Numbered from the stretch's first letter, positions 18,917 to 30,230 are shown. The stretch is 64,000 nucleotides of DNA from Nitrosopumilus sp. (GCA_965206745.1 OZ242220.1:352001-416000), one strand, 5' to 3'. Translations and numbers: made by a program. The notes: generated by a model not told the origin, from the letters alone.

Positions 18917-20380
18917 GTGATGTATCGCTCCCGACTCGGCACTGACTTGAGTGATATTACCCTGGATTACGTCTCATCAATTGATGAGGACTCTGAGATT
19001 GCCCTGTATGACATCCTTGGGAGTCAGGCACATGCCCTGATGTTGCTGCAGGGCGGCATACTTGGCAGGACTGATGCAAAAAAGATCCTCTCTGCACTGG
19101 AGGGTCTAAAGGATCAAAAACCTGATGTATCATCAGGTGCAGAAGACATCCATGAATTAATTGAATCGCAGGTGATTAAAAAAGCCGGAATGGCAAGCGG
19201 CGGAAAGATGCATACTGCAAGGTCACGCAACGACCAGGTGGCACTTGACATCCGGATGAAGATAAGGGACGACATTAACATTATCTGTAACTGCCTGCTT
19301 GATACCATTGAGGCACTGGTATCTGTTGCCCGAAACCACCAAAAGACGATCATGCCGCTATACACACATTTACAGCAGGCACAGGCAGGCCTGTTCTCAC
19401 ACTATCTCCTGGCACATGCCGATGTTCTGATGCGGGACTTTGAGAGGCTGTTTGGTACCTTTGAGAGGGTAAACCAGAGCCCGCTTGGTGCCGGACCCGT
19501 GGGGGGGACCAGCATCCCAATTGACAGACATCTCACTGCCCGGTTGCTTGGCTTTGATGGCCTTGTTGAGAATTCCATTGATGCGACAAGCACGCGGGAT
19601 TTTGTGGCAGAGTACATTGCAATGGTATCCATCCTAATGACCAACCTTAGCAGAATATCTGAGGACTTTGTCATCTGGTCGACTGCCGAGTTTTCATTTA
19701 TCGAACTCTCCGATGAGTTTACATCCCCGTCAAGTGTAATGCCGCAGAAAAAGAATCCCGATATCCTGGAGCTCACGCGGGGAAAGACTGCAAGGGTCAT
19801 CGGGGATCTGACTGCCGTACTGACTACTGTAAAGGGACTGGCATCCGGCTACGGCAGGGACCTGCAGCAGATCAAGCCGTCTGTCTGGTCTGCATCTAAA
19901 ATCTCAATTAGCGCGCTGCTGATTTTAAAGTCAATCCTTCTAACCATGAAGGTAAACAAAAAACAGATGAGGAGGGTCACTGAGTCAAGCAACCTCATCG
20001 CGCTGGATGTTGCAGAACGACTGGTCCGGGAGGGGGTGCCGTTTCGGGTGACCCACAAGATTTCAGGTGTCCTAGTCCAGCTGGCAGATGACTCGAAGAG
20101 GCCCATCTCAAAGCTTGGTCCTGCCGAGATTAAAAAATCCGTATCTGGCACAAAAGTTGATCCCCGGATGGTCTCAAAGGTCATATCATCTGCAACAGTC
20201 GTCTCATCGCTGAGGGACAGGACGTCCCTTGGCTCCTCTGGGTATGGCCAGCAGAAGAGAATGATATCTGAGAGGATTGGGAGGATCAACCAGTACAGAT
20301 CCGAGGTGCTGCAAAGGGAGGGCAAGATTAGTCTGGCAATCGATGATCTGGCAAAGCAGGTAGGCCGTCTGATCAAGTGA
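18917..20380 (+). CDS. argH: Argininosuccinate lyase
   Basis: EDIHE, HTARSRNDQ, YTHLQQAQ, SSVMPQKKNPD. Confidence 0.96.
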   Translation: MMYRSRLGTDLSDITLDYVSSIDEDSEIALYDILGSQAHALMLLQGGILGRTDAKKILSALEGLKDQKPDVSSGAEDIHELIESQVIKKAGMASGGKMHTARSRNDQVALDIRMKIRDDINIICNCLLDTIEALVSVARNHQKTIMPLYTHLQQAQAGLFSHYLLAHADVLMRDFERLFGTFERVNQSPLGAGPVGGTSIPIDRHLTARLLGFDGLVENSIDATSTRDFVAEYIAMVSILMTNLSRISEDFVIWSTAEFSFIELSDEFTSPSSVMPQKKNPDILELTRGKTARVIGDLTAVLTTVKGLASGYGRDLQQIKPSVWSASKISISALLILKSILLTMKVNKKQMRRVTESSNLIALDVAERLVREGVPFRVTHKISGVLVQLADDSKRPISKLGPAEIKKSVSGTKVDPRMVSKVISSATVVSSLRDRTSLGSSGYGQQKRMISERIGRINQYRSEVLQREGKISLAIDDLAKQVGRLIK

Positions 20381-20632
20381 CTGGTCATCTGGTGTACAAA
20401 GCCCTGGGCTTGGTTAATTCTGACTCACTGACTGATCCCTGCCATGATGTGGTTTTGGACAGTCTCAGGCGTGACTGTTTGAATTTTAACACACGCCAAT
20501 TCCGTGAAACGGTGCTTGGACTATCTGTATAATTGTCACCTCTGATAAATTAATATCCTTTATATTCAAACTTTTTCTATATTACTTTGTATTGGTTCCT
20601 ACATTTTATGTTGATGGGATAGGTGGATATCT

Positions 20633-23600
20633 GTGATCAAGCGTCAGTTATCCTGCATTGTACTGGCCCTTGCTGTGACCCTCTTGCTGTCTGCTACTCC
20701 GGCATATGCCTCCCATACTGTTACTACGACAGATACAATACCTCCCTCAGTCAATGTAGGTGAAAGAGTCATGATACAATTTGAGTCATCTTCGGGACCT
20801 ACCGGTAATGGTGTTGCTGAGTGGAGGAACTTTCCTAATAACATATGTTTTGAACCCCAACATCAAGATGATTATTCTCTAAATCAAGATGGCTTGTTTG
20901 ATTTTAATGCCACCGCTGATTTTGCAGGTCTTTCATGTGTCTTTGAAGTCATCTATGAGGCTGGTACTGGTGATTCTGATGGCGTGCCATTTACAATCGA
21001 GATACCTGCAATCCGCCCTTACAATGTGAATTTTGGTGAAGGAGATCCTTTTCCTCCACTTTCTGATTTTGTAGATTATGTTCCTACTGATCCAACAACT
21101 GTCAGCTATACGATTACTAATCTAAATCTACCCGATGGCATTGAATTTGACGACTCTACTGGTAATTTTATTGGAGATGTATCTCACCTCACTATACGTT
21201 CTGGCAACAGTTTCAGCGATTTTGCTTTTACCTGGACTTATACTGCTGATGGCAATACATATACACAATCAACTGGTAACTTCCTTTTCATAAGAAACAC
21301 AAATAGCCCTCCTACACTTGCAACCATTCCTACTGCAGACCAGCTCATGTTTGATGAGGGTGACATTGTATCTTTTACTATAACAGCTTTAGACGACGAT
21401 ACAAATGATAACTTCGGAAGATGGATTTTAGCTAGTCCTCTCCCCGGTGGACTCGTACATAGCAATGGAACATTTAGTGGGACTCTAACTAGTCTGGCCT
21501 CTGGTACATATCCAGTTGATATCAGCTACAGAGATACTAGTGGAGATACGAGTGAAGGTGGGCCTACCTCCGGCACTGTCTCTACGGATCTTACTATTGT
21601 TGTAAATGATATACCACTTGTTGATGACTTATCTGTTAGAGAGGGTGATACTGTAGATATCCCACTTGGAGTTGTAGGCAGTCCCACCATAACATGCACC
21701 ACTGGTTCCGACATACCTAGCGATCTTGAATTTAATGGTGACACATGTACAATAACTGGCAATGTAAATAGCGATGCCATAACTAACGGTGAGACATCGC
21801 AGGAATTTATAATAGACTATACCCTGACTAGTGGTGATGGGCGTCGTAATGGTATGGGCACATACACGCTCATAGTCATTTCTGCAGACGCAATAGGCAG
21901 TGCTCCGACGATAGATTCAGTTACACCTTTCAATCCAACATATGATGAGGGCCAACTAGTAGAGATTACCCTGATGGGCTCGGATCCTGATGGCGATTCT
22001 TTGATGTGGGCTCTATCGCCTAACACTCCGGGTGCAGCACTGAATACAACTACCGGAGGAGTCACGCAATTCTCATGGACACCAGATGACACACAGGACG
22101 GTCCACATACATTTAACGTCATACTGACTGATTCTGTCGGACAAGAATCTGACCCTGAAGTAATCACGTTTACTGTAAACGAGGTAAACGCAGAACCGTC
22201 CCTATCTGGCACACTATACAATGAGGAATACGACGAGGGAGACACAATATCTGACTCGCTTGCAGTCACAATTACAGATGCTATAGAGGATCCGCCATCT
22301 CCCATGATAACATATACCCTCGAAACTGGCCAAACACCGCCACCTGGCATAATGCTACACCCCAATGGAACATTATCGGGAACCATATCACATGATGCGG
22401 TATCTGCCGGAGCCATGCCACAAAACCTTACGTTCACGTGGACATACAATGATGACGGTATCGGTCCAAATGCCAACATAACTCAGACTAGTTCCATAAC
22501 CGTAACTGACGTTCCAATAGTTGTTGCACCTGACGACGGTGCCTCAACTCACACAGAAGGTGATCGAGTAGACCGCTCACTTGGAGTTACAGGTGATGGC
22601 GACATAACCTGTACCTCTACTTCCACAATACCTGGCAGTCTCACACTTAATCCCGCATGTACCATAACTGGAAATCTAGACCGTAATGTCATAACTAACA
22701 GTTTGGCATCGCAGGAATTTACAATAAACTACATGGCACGAAACCCTGATGACGTCTCTGATTCAGGCACATACGTCCTGACAGTCAATGACCGGCCACC
22801 TACCTTTGATGCCTACGACAGGACAGTAGAAGAAGGTCAACCACTTGACTCTTTGTATGATGCAGTTGCAGACTCTGCTCGGACTCCGGCAAGCACCATA
22901 TTCAGCTATGAAATCATACCCGGCAGCCTGCCTTCGGGAATCACAGATCTTTTTGATATGACCACCGGCGAATTTAATGGCAGCATTCCATTTGATATTG
23001 TAACCCTTGCAGAAGGTTCTCAAACCTTTAACTTTCAGTGGAGATTTACAGACACCATTGGAGTATCTGGAGTGCAGGATGGCGTCCTAATTGTAGATAA
23101 CTTTAACCAAGCACCAACAATAACAGGGACAGATCCAGCAACTATTGACGACACACCTGATGAGCACGCACGAGTACAATTTACCCTGACGGGTGGCGAT
23201 GAGGACGGAAATGATCCTGATCCAATATGGGACGTATCATCTGATAACTCTGCCGCTACTGCAAATGCAACGATTACGCAAAGTGGAGAATTCCAGTGGA
23301 CTCCAGATGATACTCACGGCGACACCACAGTTACATTCACATTCACCCTGATTGATACTGAACCTTTGAGTGCCGACCCTCGAATCATTGCATTTGATGT
23401 CCAAGAGGTAAACATACCACCTACCATTGGTACCTATAACTTTACAATATCAGAAGGCCTACCCATTAATCCCCTCTCTGAGGTAGTTGACAACCCTGTT
23501 GAGATTCCACCAGACGCAATAAACACCTATGCAATCATAGATGGACCTGGCAACAATCTGACTAGTACCATCCGTAGCTCTCTGAATGTAAACACCGGTG

Positions 23601-26600
23601 CATTTTCAGCCATGTTCCCAGCTGGTACGGTACCTGACGGAGCCCCTCATGTACGATATGACTTTGACTGGACCTTTGAGGATGAGTTGGGAGCATCAGA
23701 CCCACCGCTGGCTGCTACCATATTCGTAACTGGATCTGGAACAAACCTGGATCCTGTAATCGGAGACCTCCCTGATCTCCAAGACAGAACAATCGAAGAG
23801 CACGATACACTGACATTTACTTTGAGCAACGTTGATCCTAATACCGGTGATCGTGATAGTGGTATCTGGACCATGCCAAATACTCTTGGTGCAACCATGG
23901 GTAGAACCACTGGAGTATTTGAATGGACGCCAGATGACACACATAACGGCATGCATACATTTACCGTAACACTGACTGACCCGGGCGGCCTTGAAGGTAC
24001 GGCAGAGATCGTCGTTACTGTAACTGAGTTTAACGCAAGACCAACCCCATCTGGCACAACATACGAGGTTCGTGTCAACGAAGGAGGTAATTTAGACAGT
24101 AATCCGCTCACAGGGTTAGTTGATGATATGCTAGAGAATCCTCCATCTACCATAAGATATACCATTGATATTGGCCAAATACTGCCACCTGGCATAAGGC
24201 TAAACCTCAATGGAACCTTCTCCGGAACCGTATCCCATGATATAGCGAATCTTGCAAACTCACCACAACCTTTCCCGTTTACTTGGAATTACAATGACGG
24301 CGACCATGATCTGCCTGGATCTGGCATCATCATGGTAATCAACGACAACCGAATCCCAACAGTAGGGCCAATTCCAGGGGATGTTGACAGAACACCTGAT
24401 GAGGGCCAACTAGTACAATTTATCATGCCTGGTTCTGATGAAGATTTTGATACAGGTGATCCTCGGCCAACATGGAGGATAACAACTTCTTCTGATACTA
24501 ATGCGAGGATTGATACGACCAGTGGTGAATTCACGTGGACTCCAGATGACACTCACGGCAACAGCACAATTAGTTTCAATTTCATTTTGGAAGATTCTGC
24601 ATCTAGAGCTGGCCAGCTAATGATCAACTTTGATGTGCAAGAGTTCAACGCACCACCTACAGATAGTAGACCATACACGGTTACTGTCAGCGAGGGAGGC
24701 GAAATAACTACATCACTCGTAGGTTCAGTTGATGATATTCCAGAGAATCCGTCATCTGACGTAGAATATACCACATCTGACACGCTGCCATCTGGCATAA
24801 CGCTAAATCGTAATGGAACCTTCTCCGGAACCGTATCACACACTGTGGCAACTGCCGGAAACTCGCCACAAATGTTCGAGTTTGAGTGGACATACGATGA
24901 CGACGAGGGTGGCTCAAATATTAACATAAATCAGATGGGTACCATAACTGTAAACAACGACAACCGACCCCCGACAATAGATCCTCCAACTGATACCATC
25001 ATACCAATTGCCGAATTTGCCCCAGCAACCTTGTCCCTGACAAGAACAGATCCTGATGTTGCTGCAGGTGATGATCGGCCAGTATGGGGTGTGACAGCTA
25101 ATTCCACTACCAATGGAGATATCGATGCAGACGGCCTATTCACGTGGACTCCAGATGACAGTCACGGCAGCACCACAGTTACATTCACATTCACTCTGAT
25201 GGACTCTGCAGGAGCATCAGCCCTGCCCGAAGACGTCTCATATGTTGTCTCAGAGGTCAACTTAGAACCTACATCTACATTATACTTTTCTAGAGTCAAT
25301 GAGGGAGATTCAATTGATCTCCCGCTCACCTCATCAATTACAGATGAACCAGAGGATCCGCCATCTACCATAACATATACCACATCTGACACGCTGCCAC
25401 CTGGCATAAGGCTAAACCCCGATGGAACCTTCACCGGAACCGTATCACTTGATGCGACAATTCTCGCAGATTCGCCACAAAATTTCACATTTAATTGGCG
25501 ATACAGTGACGGCGATAATAACGCAGATGAGACGGGTATCATAGAGGTAACCAACGTCAATCAATCGCCGGAAATAATTGTGCATACCATAGAGGTAACC
25601 AGCCCCGACCGACCACCGGTAACAGTTATGCCAGAAAATATTGGCAGCCTGCCAAACCTCCCTATAGGTGATACCCTAACAATAAATTTCACTGCTAGGG
25701 ATGCTGATCCTAATACTGACTTTGTATGGGTTCTAACTACAAGTGATCCGCGTGAATCACTTACGGCTGACGGCCTATATACATTTACACCTGATAGAAC
25801 CCAGGAAAATCTAAATACGGGAAGGACTGTTACTCTGTCTGACGGCATAATTGATACTCCAATTTCTCAGGCGATACGAGTTTTCGTAATTGGCAGCGTC
25901 CCTATGATAACCATCTCACCTGATCCCCCTGACCATGCCGCTATTGGCAGCCCAGTTACATTCACTGTGACTGCTAGGGATCCTGATAGAAATCCTATAA
26001 CGAGTCTGGATATATTATCCAACACCGTAGGTGCAACACTTACCAATGGACAGTTCTCATGGACTCCTACGGCAGACCATGTAGGTCCTAACGTATTTAC
26101 ATTTAGGGCAATTGATGAGCGACTGGGAACTGGCACTGCAACGCATACAATTACAGTACCTACAGGAGAAAACGAACCCCCAACCTTTGTGACGTATGAG
26201 CCGGCCATACTAGAGGGCCAGATGATCCCTTCACTGTCCGATGCAGTTGATGATCCTTTTGAAAGTGACCAGCCCCCTGTAGAATACCGAATCATGGACG
26301 GAGATCTGCCTGACTACATTGAAGGATCCCTCAATGCCCAAACCGGTGCATTTGACGAGACGTTCCGATTTGACACGACGACTGACAGCATGACCTTCTT
26401 CTTCTCTTGGACGTTCAGGGACGGCAGCGGGGAACCAAAGCTTCAGCTCGGCTCAATAACGGTAAACAACGACCCTGACCTGATCCCTACACTAACGCGC
26501 GGAAATGATGGATACATCATCGGTTCGTACCAACCTACTGTGCTGGCAATGGAAATGCTCCCTCCTCTATCCAGAGTGGTTACAGACTATCCTGTAGAAC

Positions 26601-29551
26601 CTCCGGTCATACCCACATACACCATTGAAAATCCTGGAAATCTGCCTGCATCCGTTGCAAACTCGCTGAATAGAAATACGGGTGCATTCTCTGCAATGTT
26701 TGCATGTAATGTGACAAATATCGGAATCGATGTTGTCTATACCTTTGATTGGACCTTTGATGACGGTACTGAACCATCAGGGTTGCAACGTGGTACCATA
26801 ACAATGCAAAGTGGTATAGATGCCTGCTTTACAGAAACAAATGAGGCTCCTACCATTACTAGATATACTGAAAACGCCGAAATAGGGACGACGATTCTTC
26901 CAAGCCTCTCAACTGTTGTAACAGATACTTCTGAGAATCCTGTAGATGCGGCAATTGCATACGCTATCACCGGAGGAAATCTGCCTGACTACATTGCAGA
27001 TTTTCTAGATGAGGATACCGGCGACTTTTCAGTTCCGTTTAGATGTGGCTTCGCTGATAGTCAAACTTTTACATTTACCTGGACATACACAGACGGCTCT
27101 GGGACATATACTCAGAGTGATGCACGGGCTACCGCGGTTTTTAATGCAGCATGCGTTACACTTACATCAATAAATGAGGAACCTACCTTTAGTACTTCTG
27201 CATATTTCCCACGTATATCGGAGAGGGCACCAATCCCAAGCCTCTCAACTATTGTAACAGATCCTATTGAGGATCCGCCAGACACCACGATATCATACAG
27301 TTTTGTTGATGGTACCTCAGAGTTACCTCAAATCATTATGGATTCCCTTGATAGTTCAACTGGTGACTTTGGAGAGACGTTTCCATGTCAAACCACGAGA
27401 CCAGGTACTAGCACAATTCCGAGTTTCTCCTTTAATTGGATATACACGGACAACAACGGACGAGAATCAGGGACGCGATCTGGTACCATAGCAGTGGAAG
27501 ATGATCCCAACTGCGTCAACCCAGTTCCACTATTTACAACAGTAAATGAAGACCCTATAGTTGGTATCTATAATAATGGCGTAAGCGAGGGAAAGACCAT
27601 TCCGAGCCTCTCAGTTGCCGTATTTGACCCTCCTGAGAGTTCAATAGATGATGCAATCGCATACGCTATCACTGGAGGAGCTTTACTTGATAATCCTGCA
27701 TACACATACATTGTTCGTTCTCTAGACACTACAACCGGTGACTTTGGAGCTGTGTTTAACTGTGGTACATTAGAGAACGGACAGACAGACCTTGGATTTA
27801 CTTGGACATACACAGACGAAACCGACACATATACTGCCCCGCCAAGTGTTATAACAGTAAATAATGATAATAACTGCCTCACGTCAGACAATGAAGAGGC
27901 CACAATTACTCAATACAGAGAAACGGTAAATGAAGGGGAAAGGATTCCTCCCCTTTCACGTGATGTAATGAATCCTCGTGAGAATCCTCCAGATGTGCCA
28001 ACATACAAAATAACCACCCGTGTTGATCCTGAAGATGTTGAGGCTGATTTACCTGAATACATTGCAGATTCCCTGAATCCTAGAACTGGCGCTTTTGACA
28101 CGGTATTCCGATGTGATGAAATAGAGACTATTCAGGGTAACAGATTTGGATTTGGTTGGACATACTCTGATAATGTCAATCCAGTATCACTAGAACAAGC
28201 GGGTTCTATAAGAGTAGAACCAAATGACCAGTGTAGCGAATCATTTACACCAGAAAATGAACCCCCAACAGTTAGAAACTATATCGAAACTGTAAGACCC
28301 GGCGGATTCATTACAAGCCTTAGTACGGCAGTAACAGATCCTGAGGAGCAAGATCCAGACCGCAATATCCGTTATCAAATCAAAAACATGGGCAACTTGC
28401 CGGAATCCATCGCCCGCTCCCTAGATGAGCAGACAGGTGATTTCTCAACACAATTCACCAATACCTTTCTAGTGGATGGAAGTTCAAATTCATTTGTGTT
28501 TACCTGGTCATATCAGGACAGTACGGGAGAATCAGAACCAAGGACTGCCTCACTGATGCTGGCAGAGAACTCTGGCGGCAGCTCAAATAACTGGAAGAAA
28601 AAGCCCACCTTTGGCCAGTCATGGGAGATATCCTCATCACAGCTGGTCACTGACGGATTCACATTCAATGGCCACACACTTGACATCACAGACAACTGGC
28701 ACACTGACTTTACAAGGACATCATCGATAATAGGCGAGACAAACAGTGTAAACATGAAGGCATATGCTGCTGACGGATTCAGCTATGTGACACTATCCCT
28801 TGGAGTGCCTGAGATCGGCGAGGTATCTGATGCCGAGACTGACATCATACTGATGCTGAGCAGAAACTATACCAGTCCAGTCGACTATGACATAACTGAG
28901 ATAATTCACGAGCAAAAGGAGTCACTGGTCGATGAGAGCCAGACAACGGCTGCAGTCAACAAGGTAAAGTGCAATCCGGGCTCTGATGTACAGTGCTACT
29001 CCTTTGATATAGATTTCAAGGTTAATGCGCCACTAAAGTCCGACGTGCTGGCAATATCTGCAGTAGATTCAAAGCGACGCAGCACCGTAACATACGTCAA
29101 CGAGGGCGTAGAGTTTACAGGCCAGTCACTGCTTGCACCAAACACGCACTATATCGTGCAGAAAAAGACAAACCAGGGACCAGCAGAGATGCTCACACTG
29201 ACCCAGCAGGACAGGAGATACAACATCTGGGAGGATGATTCGGGATACCTGTGGGCACAAAATGATCACGGCAGCTGGTTCTCAATTACCACGCCAGAGT
29301 CTGAGAGGTTCGTTGACGGGGCAGTCAACGTGATGACCAGGATGCATTCAAACTTTGAAAAACTGATGCAACAGGAGCAAGACAGGGCCACTGTAATATT
29401 TAATGCAAGCAAGCTGGTCTCTGTACCTGACCAGACATTTAGCTATGACTATTCCGGTATTAGCTATGGCGTCTCAAAGATGGACAAGCTAGCAGATGAA
29501 CTGGACGTTGAGCAGGGCAAGGCAGAGAGAATAATGGAACTGTTAAGATAG
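20633..29551 (+). CDS. Giant (2972 aa) secreted adhesin-like protein with more than 20 cadherin-like/putative Ig repeats and a distinct C-terminal domain
   Basis: Signal peptide ending in AYA. Recurrent NxxPT, EG, TGxFxWTPDDTH, LPPGIxLNxNGTFSGTVS and FxWTYxD units; non-repetitive C-terminus from KKPTFGQSW. Confidence 0.85.
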   Translation: MIKRQLSCIVLALAVTLLLSATPAYASHTVTTTDTIPPSVNVGERVMIQFESSSGPTGNGVAEWRNFPNNICFEPQHQDDYSLNQDGLFDFNATADFAGLSCVFEVIYEAGTGDSDGVPFTIEIPAIRPYNVNFGEGDPFPPLSDFVDYVPTDPTTVSYTITNLNLPDGIEFDDSTGNFIGDVSHLTIRSGNSFSDFAFTWTYTADGNTYTQSTGNFLFIRNTNSPPTLATIPTADQLMFDEGDIVSFTITALDDDTNDNFGRWILASPLPGGLVHSNGTFSGTLTSLASGTYPVDISYRDTSGDTSEGGPTSGTVSTDLTIVVNDIPLVDDLSVREGDTVDIPLGVVGSPTITCTTGSDIPSDLEFNGDTCTITGNVNSDAITNGETSQEFIIDYTLTSGDGRRNGMGTYTLIVISADAIGSAPTIDSVTPFNPTYDEGQLVEITLMGSDPDGDSLMWALSPNTPGAALNTTTGGVTQFSWTPDDTQDGPHTFNVILTDSVGQESDPEVITFTVNEVNAEPSLSGTLYNEEYDEGDTISDSLAVTITDAIEDPPSPMITYTLETGQTPPPGIMLHPNGTLSGTISHDAVSAGAMPQNLTFTWTYNDDGIGPNANITQTSSITVTDVPIVVAPDDGASTHTEGDRVDRSLGVTGDGDITCTSTSTIPGSLTLNPACTITGNLDRNVITNSLASQEFTINYMARNPDDVSDSGTYVLTVNDRPPTFDAYDRTVEEGQPLDSLYDAVADSARTPASTIFSYEIIPGSLPSGITDLFDMTTGEFNGSIPFDIVTLAEGSQTFNFQWRFTDTIGVSGVQDGVLIVDNFNQAPTITGTDPATIDDTPDEHARVQFTLTGGDEDGNDPDPIWDVSSDNSAATANATITQSGEFQWTPDDTHGDTTVTFTFTLIDTEPLSADPRIIAFDVQEVNIPPTIGTYNFTISEGLPINPLSEVVDNPVEIPPDAINTYAIIDGPGNNLTSTIRSSLNVNTGAFSAMFPAGTVPDGAPHVRYDFDWTFEDELGASDPPLAATIFVTGSGTNLDPVIGDLPDLQDRTIEEHDTLTFTLSNVDPNTGDRDSGIWTMPNTLGATMGRTTGVFEWTPDDTHNGMHTFTVTLTDPGGLEGTAEIVVTVTEFNARPTPSGTTYEVRVNEGGNLDSNPLTGLVDDMLENPPSTIRYTIDIGQILPPGIRLNLNGTFSGTVSHDIANLANSPQPFPFTWNYNDGDHDLPGSGIIMVINDNRIPTVGPIPGDVDRTPDEGQLVQFIMPGSDEDFDTGDPRPTWRITTSSDTNARIDTTSGEFTWTPDDTHGNSTISFNFILEDSASRAGQLMINFDVQEFNAPPTDSRPYTVTVSEGGEITTSLVGSVDDIPENPSSDVEYTTSDTLPSGITLNRNGTFSGTVSHTVATAGNSPQMFEFEWTYDDDEGGSNININQMGTITVNNDNRPPTIDPPTDTIIPIAEFAPATLSLTRTDPDVAAGDDRPVWGVTANSTTNGDIDADGLFTWTPDDSHGSTTVTFTFTLMDSAGASALPEDVSYVVSEVNLEPTSTLYFSRVNEGDSIDLPLTSSITDEPEDPPSTITYTTSDTLPPGIRLNPDGTFTGTVSLDATILADSPQNFTFNWRYSDGDNNADETGIIEVTNVNQSPEIIVHTIEVTSPDRPPVTVMPENIGSLPNLPIGDTLTINFTARDADPNTDFVWVLTTSDPRESLTADGLYTFTPDRTQENLNTGRTVTLSDGIIDTPISQAIRVFVIGSVPMITISPDPPDHAAIGSPVTFTVTARDPDRNPITSLDILSNTVGATLTNGQFSWTPTADHVGPNVFTFRAIDERLGTGTATHTITVPTGENEPPTFVTYEPAILEGQMIPSLSDAVDDPFESDQPPVEYRIMDGDLPDYIEGSLNAQTGAFDETFRFDTTTDSMTFFFSWTFRDGSGEPKLQLGSITVNNDPDLIPTLTRGNDGYIIGSYQPTVLAMEMLPPLSRVVTDYPVEPPVIPTYTIENPGNLPASVANSLNRNTGAFSAMFACNVTNIGIDVVYTFDWTFDDGTEPSGLQRGTITMQSGIDACFTETNEAPTITRYTENAEIGTTILPSLSTVVTDTSENPVDAAIAYAITGGNLPDYIADFLDEDTGDFSVPFRCGFADSQTFTFTWTYTDGSGTYTQSDARATAVFNAACVTLTSINEEPTFSTSAYFPRISERAPIPSLSTIVTDPIEDPPDTTISYSFVDGTSELPQIIMDSLDSSTGDFGETFPCQTTRPGTSTIPSFSFNWIYTDNNGRESGTRSGTIAVEDDPNCVNPVPLFTTVNEDPIVGIYNNGVSEGKTIPSLSVAVFDPPESSIDDAIAYAITGGALLDNPAYTYIVRSLDTTTGDFGAVFNCGTLENGQTDLGFTWTYTDETDTYTAPPSVITVNNDNNCLTSDNEEATITQYRETVNEGERIPPLSRDVMNPRENPPDVPTYKITTRVDPEDVEADLPEYIADSLNPRTGAFDTVFRCDEIETIQGNRFGFGWTYSDNVNPVSLEQAGSIRVEPNDQCSESFTPENEPPTVRNYIETVRPGGFITSLSTAVTDPEEQDPDRNIRYQIKNMGNLPESIARSLDEQTGDFSTQFTNTFLVDGSSNSFVFTWSYQDSTGESEPRTASLMLAENSGGSSNNWKKKPTFGQSWEISSSQLVTDGFTFNGHTLDITDNWHTDFTRTSSIIGETNSVNMKAYAADGFSYVTLSLGVPEIGEVSDAETDIILMLSRNYTSPVDYDITEIIHEQKESLVDESQTTAAVNKVKCNPGSDVQCYSFDIDFKVNAPLKSDVLAISAVDSKRRSTVTYVNEGVEFTGQSLLAPNTHYIVQKKTNQGPAEMLTLTQQDRRYNIWEDDSGYLWAQNDHGSWFSITTPESERFVDGAVNVMTRMHSNFEKLMQQEQDRATVIFNASKLVSVPDQTFSYDYSGISYGVSKMDKLADELDVEQGKAERIMELLR

Positions 29552-29660
29552 ATTCTATCTGATGTAATAAAGACATGATCCTGTCTTATGAAATATCCTG
29601 ATGCTGTAAAGCCTAAGGGAGGATCCTTGGCACATTATTTACAAGCCTGCATCATAACTA

Positions 29661-30032
29661 TCATCCCAGCTTTTGCCTGTATACTGTGACTGTGCCGTCC
29701 TCAAATGTATACTCTATCTCGATGATTCCGGATGCGGCCTTTGCAGGCCATGCCACGACGCCGGAGGTATGCGGTCCGGCATCAACCCGCTCGGCATGCG
29801 TGCAGTTGCATCCTGATATGGCCCCCCTGAAATGAATAATTGCAGAAGAGCCGCCGTTTGTGTATGTTGCAGATATCATCGAGAGGGACCGATCCCCATA
29901 TACCGCAACATGCGATATGACCCTGTACTGATCCTCCAAGCTTGTAGCATAGTCTCCCATGTGTACAACTGCGATCCCTGCAAGGGAGACGGTGGCTGCA
30001 ACTCCGAGCAGTACTGATATGGCATACTCCAT
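29661..30032 (-). CDS. Archaeal type IV pilin-like protein, no class III leader
   Basis: N-terminal helix AISVLLGVAATVSLAGI, ATYTNGG, C-terminal IEIEYTFEDGTVTV beta-hairpin. Confidence 0.6.
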   Translation of the reverse strand: MEYAISVLLGVAATVSLAGIAVVHMGDYATSLEDQYRVISHVAVYGDRSLSMISATYTNGGSSAIIHFRGAISGCNCTHAERVDAGPHTSGVVAWPAKAASGIIEIEYTFEDGTVTVYRQKLG

Positions 30033-30035
30033 GAA

Positions 30036-30230
30036 TTATACCCCAAGCTTTCCGACAAACCTGCCGTCCCTCTCTATCCTGATATAGTGGATGCCTGCCT
30101 TGCGGTACAGCGATATGACCTTATAGTCCCCGACGAACACCGAATCCCCCTCACCCATCGAGTCAATTACCTGCCTTGCGTGGTCATACCTTACGCCCAG
30201 TATCTCACAGAGCACCTTTCTGGGGTTCAT
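30036..30230 (-). CDS. Small hypothetical protein translationally coupled to virB4
   Basis: ATGA overlap with the virB4 stop; ends 3 nt before the pilin start. Confidence 0.65.
   Translation of the reverse strand: MNPRKVLCEILGVRYDHARQVIDSMGEGDSVFVGDYKVISLYRKAGIHYIRIERDGRFVGKLGV

Noticed and set aside
20444-20460. ATGATGTGGTTTTGGAC resembling the tRNA-Ala 3' flank (ATGATGTTTTGGTGGAC) as a possible att site
   Set aside because: Short, scrambled in the middle, and does not extend into the tRNA body; consistent with chance
9150-28755. Numerous minus-strand ORFs opposite the giant genes, sdh and argH
   Set aside because: Stop-poor antisense frames caused by codon bias of the real genes; no motifs
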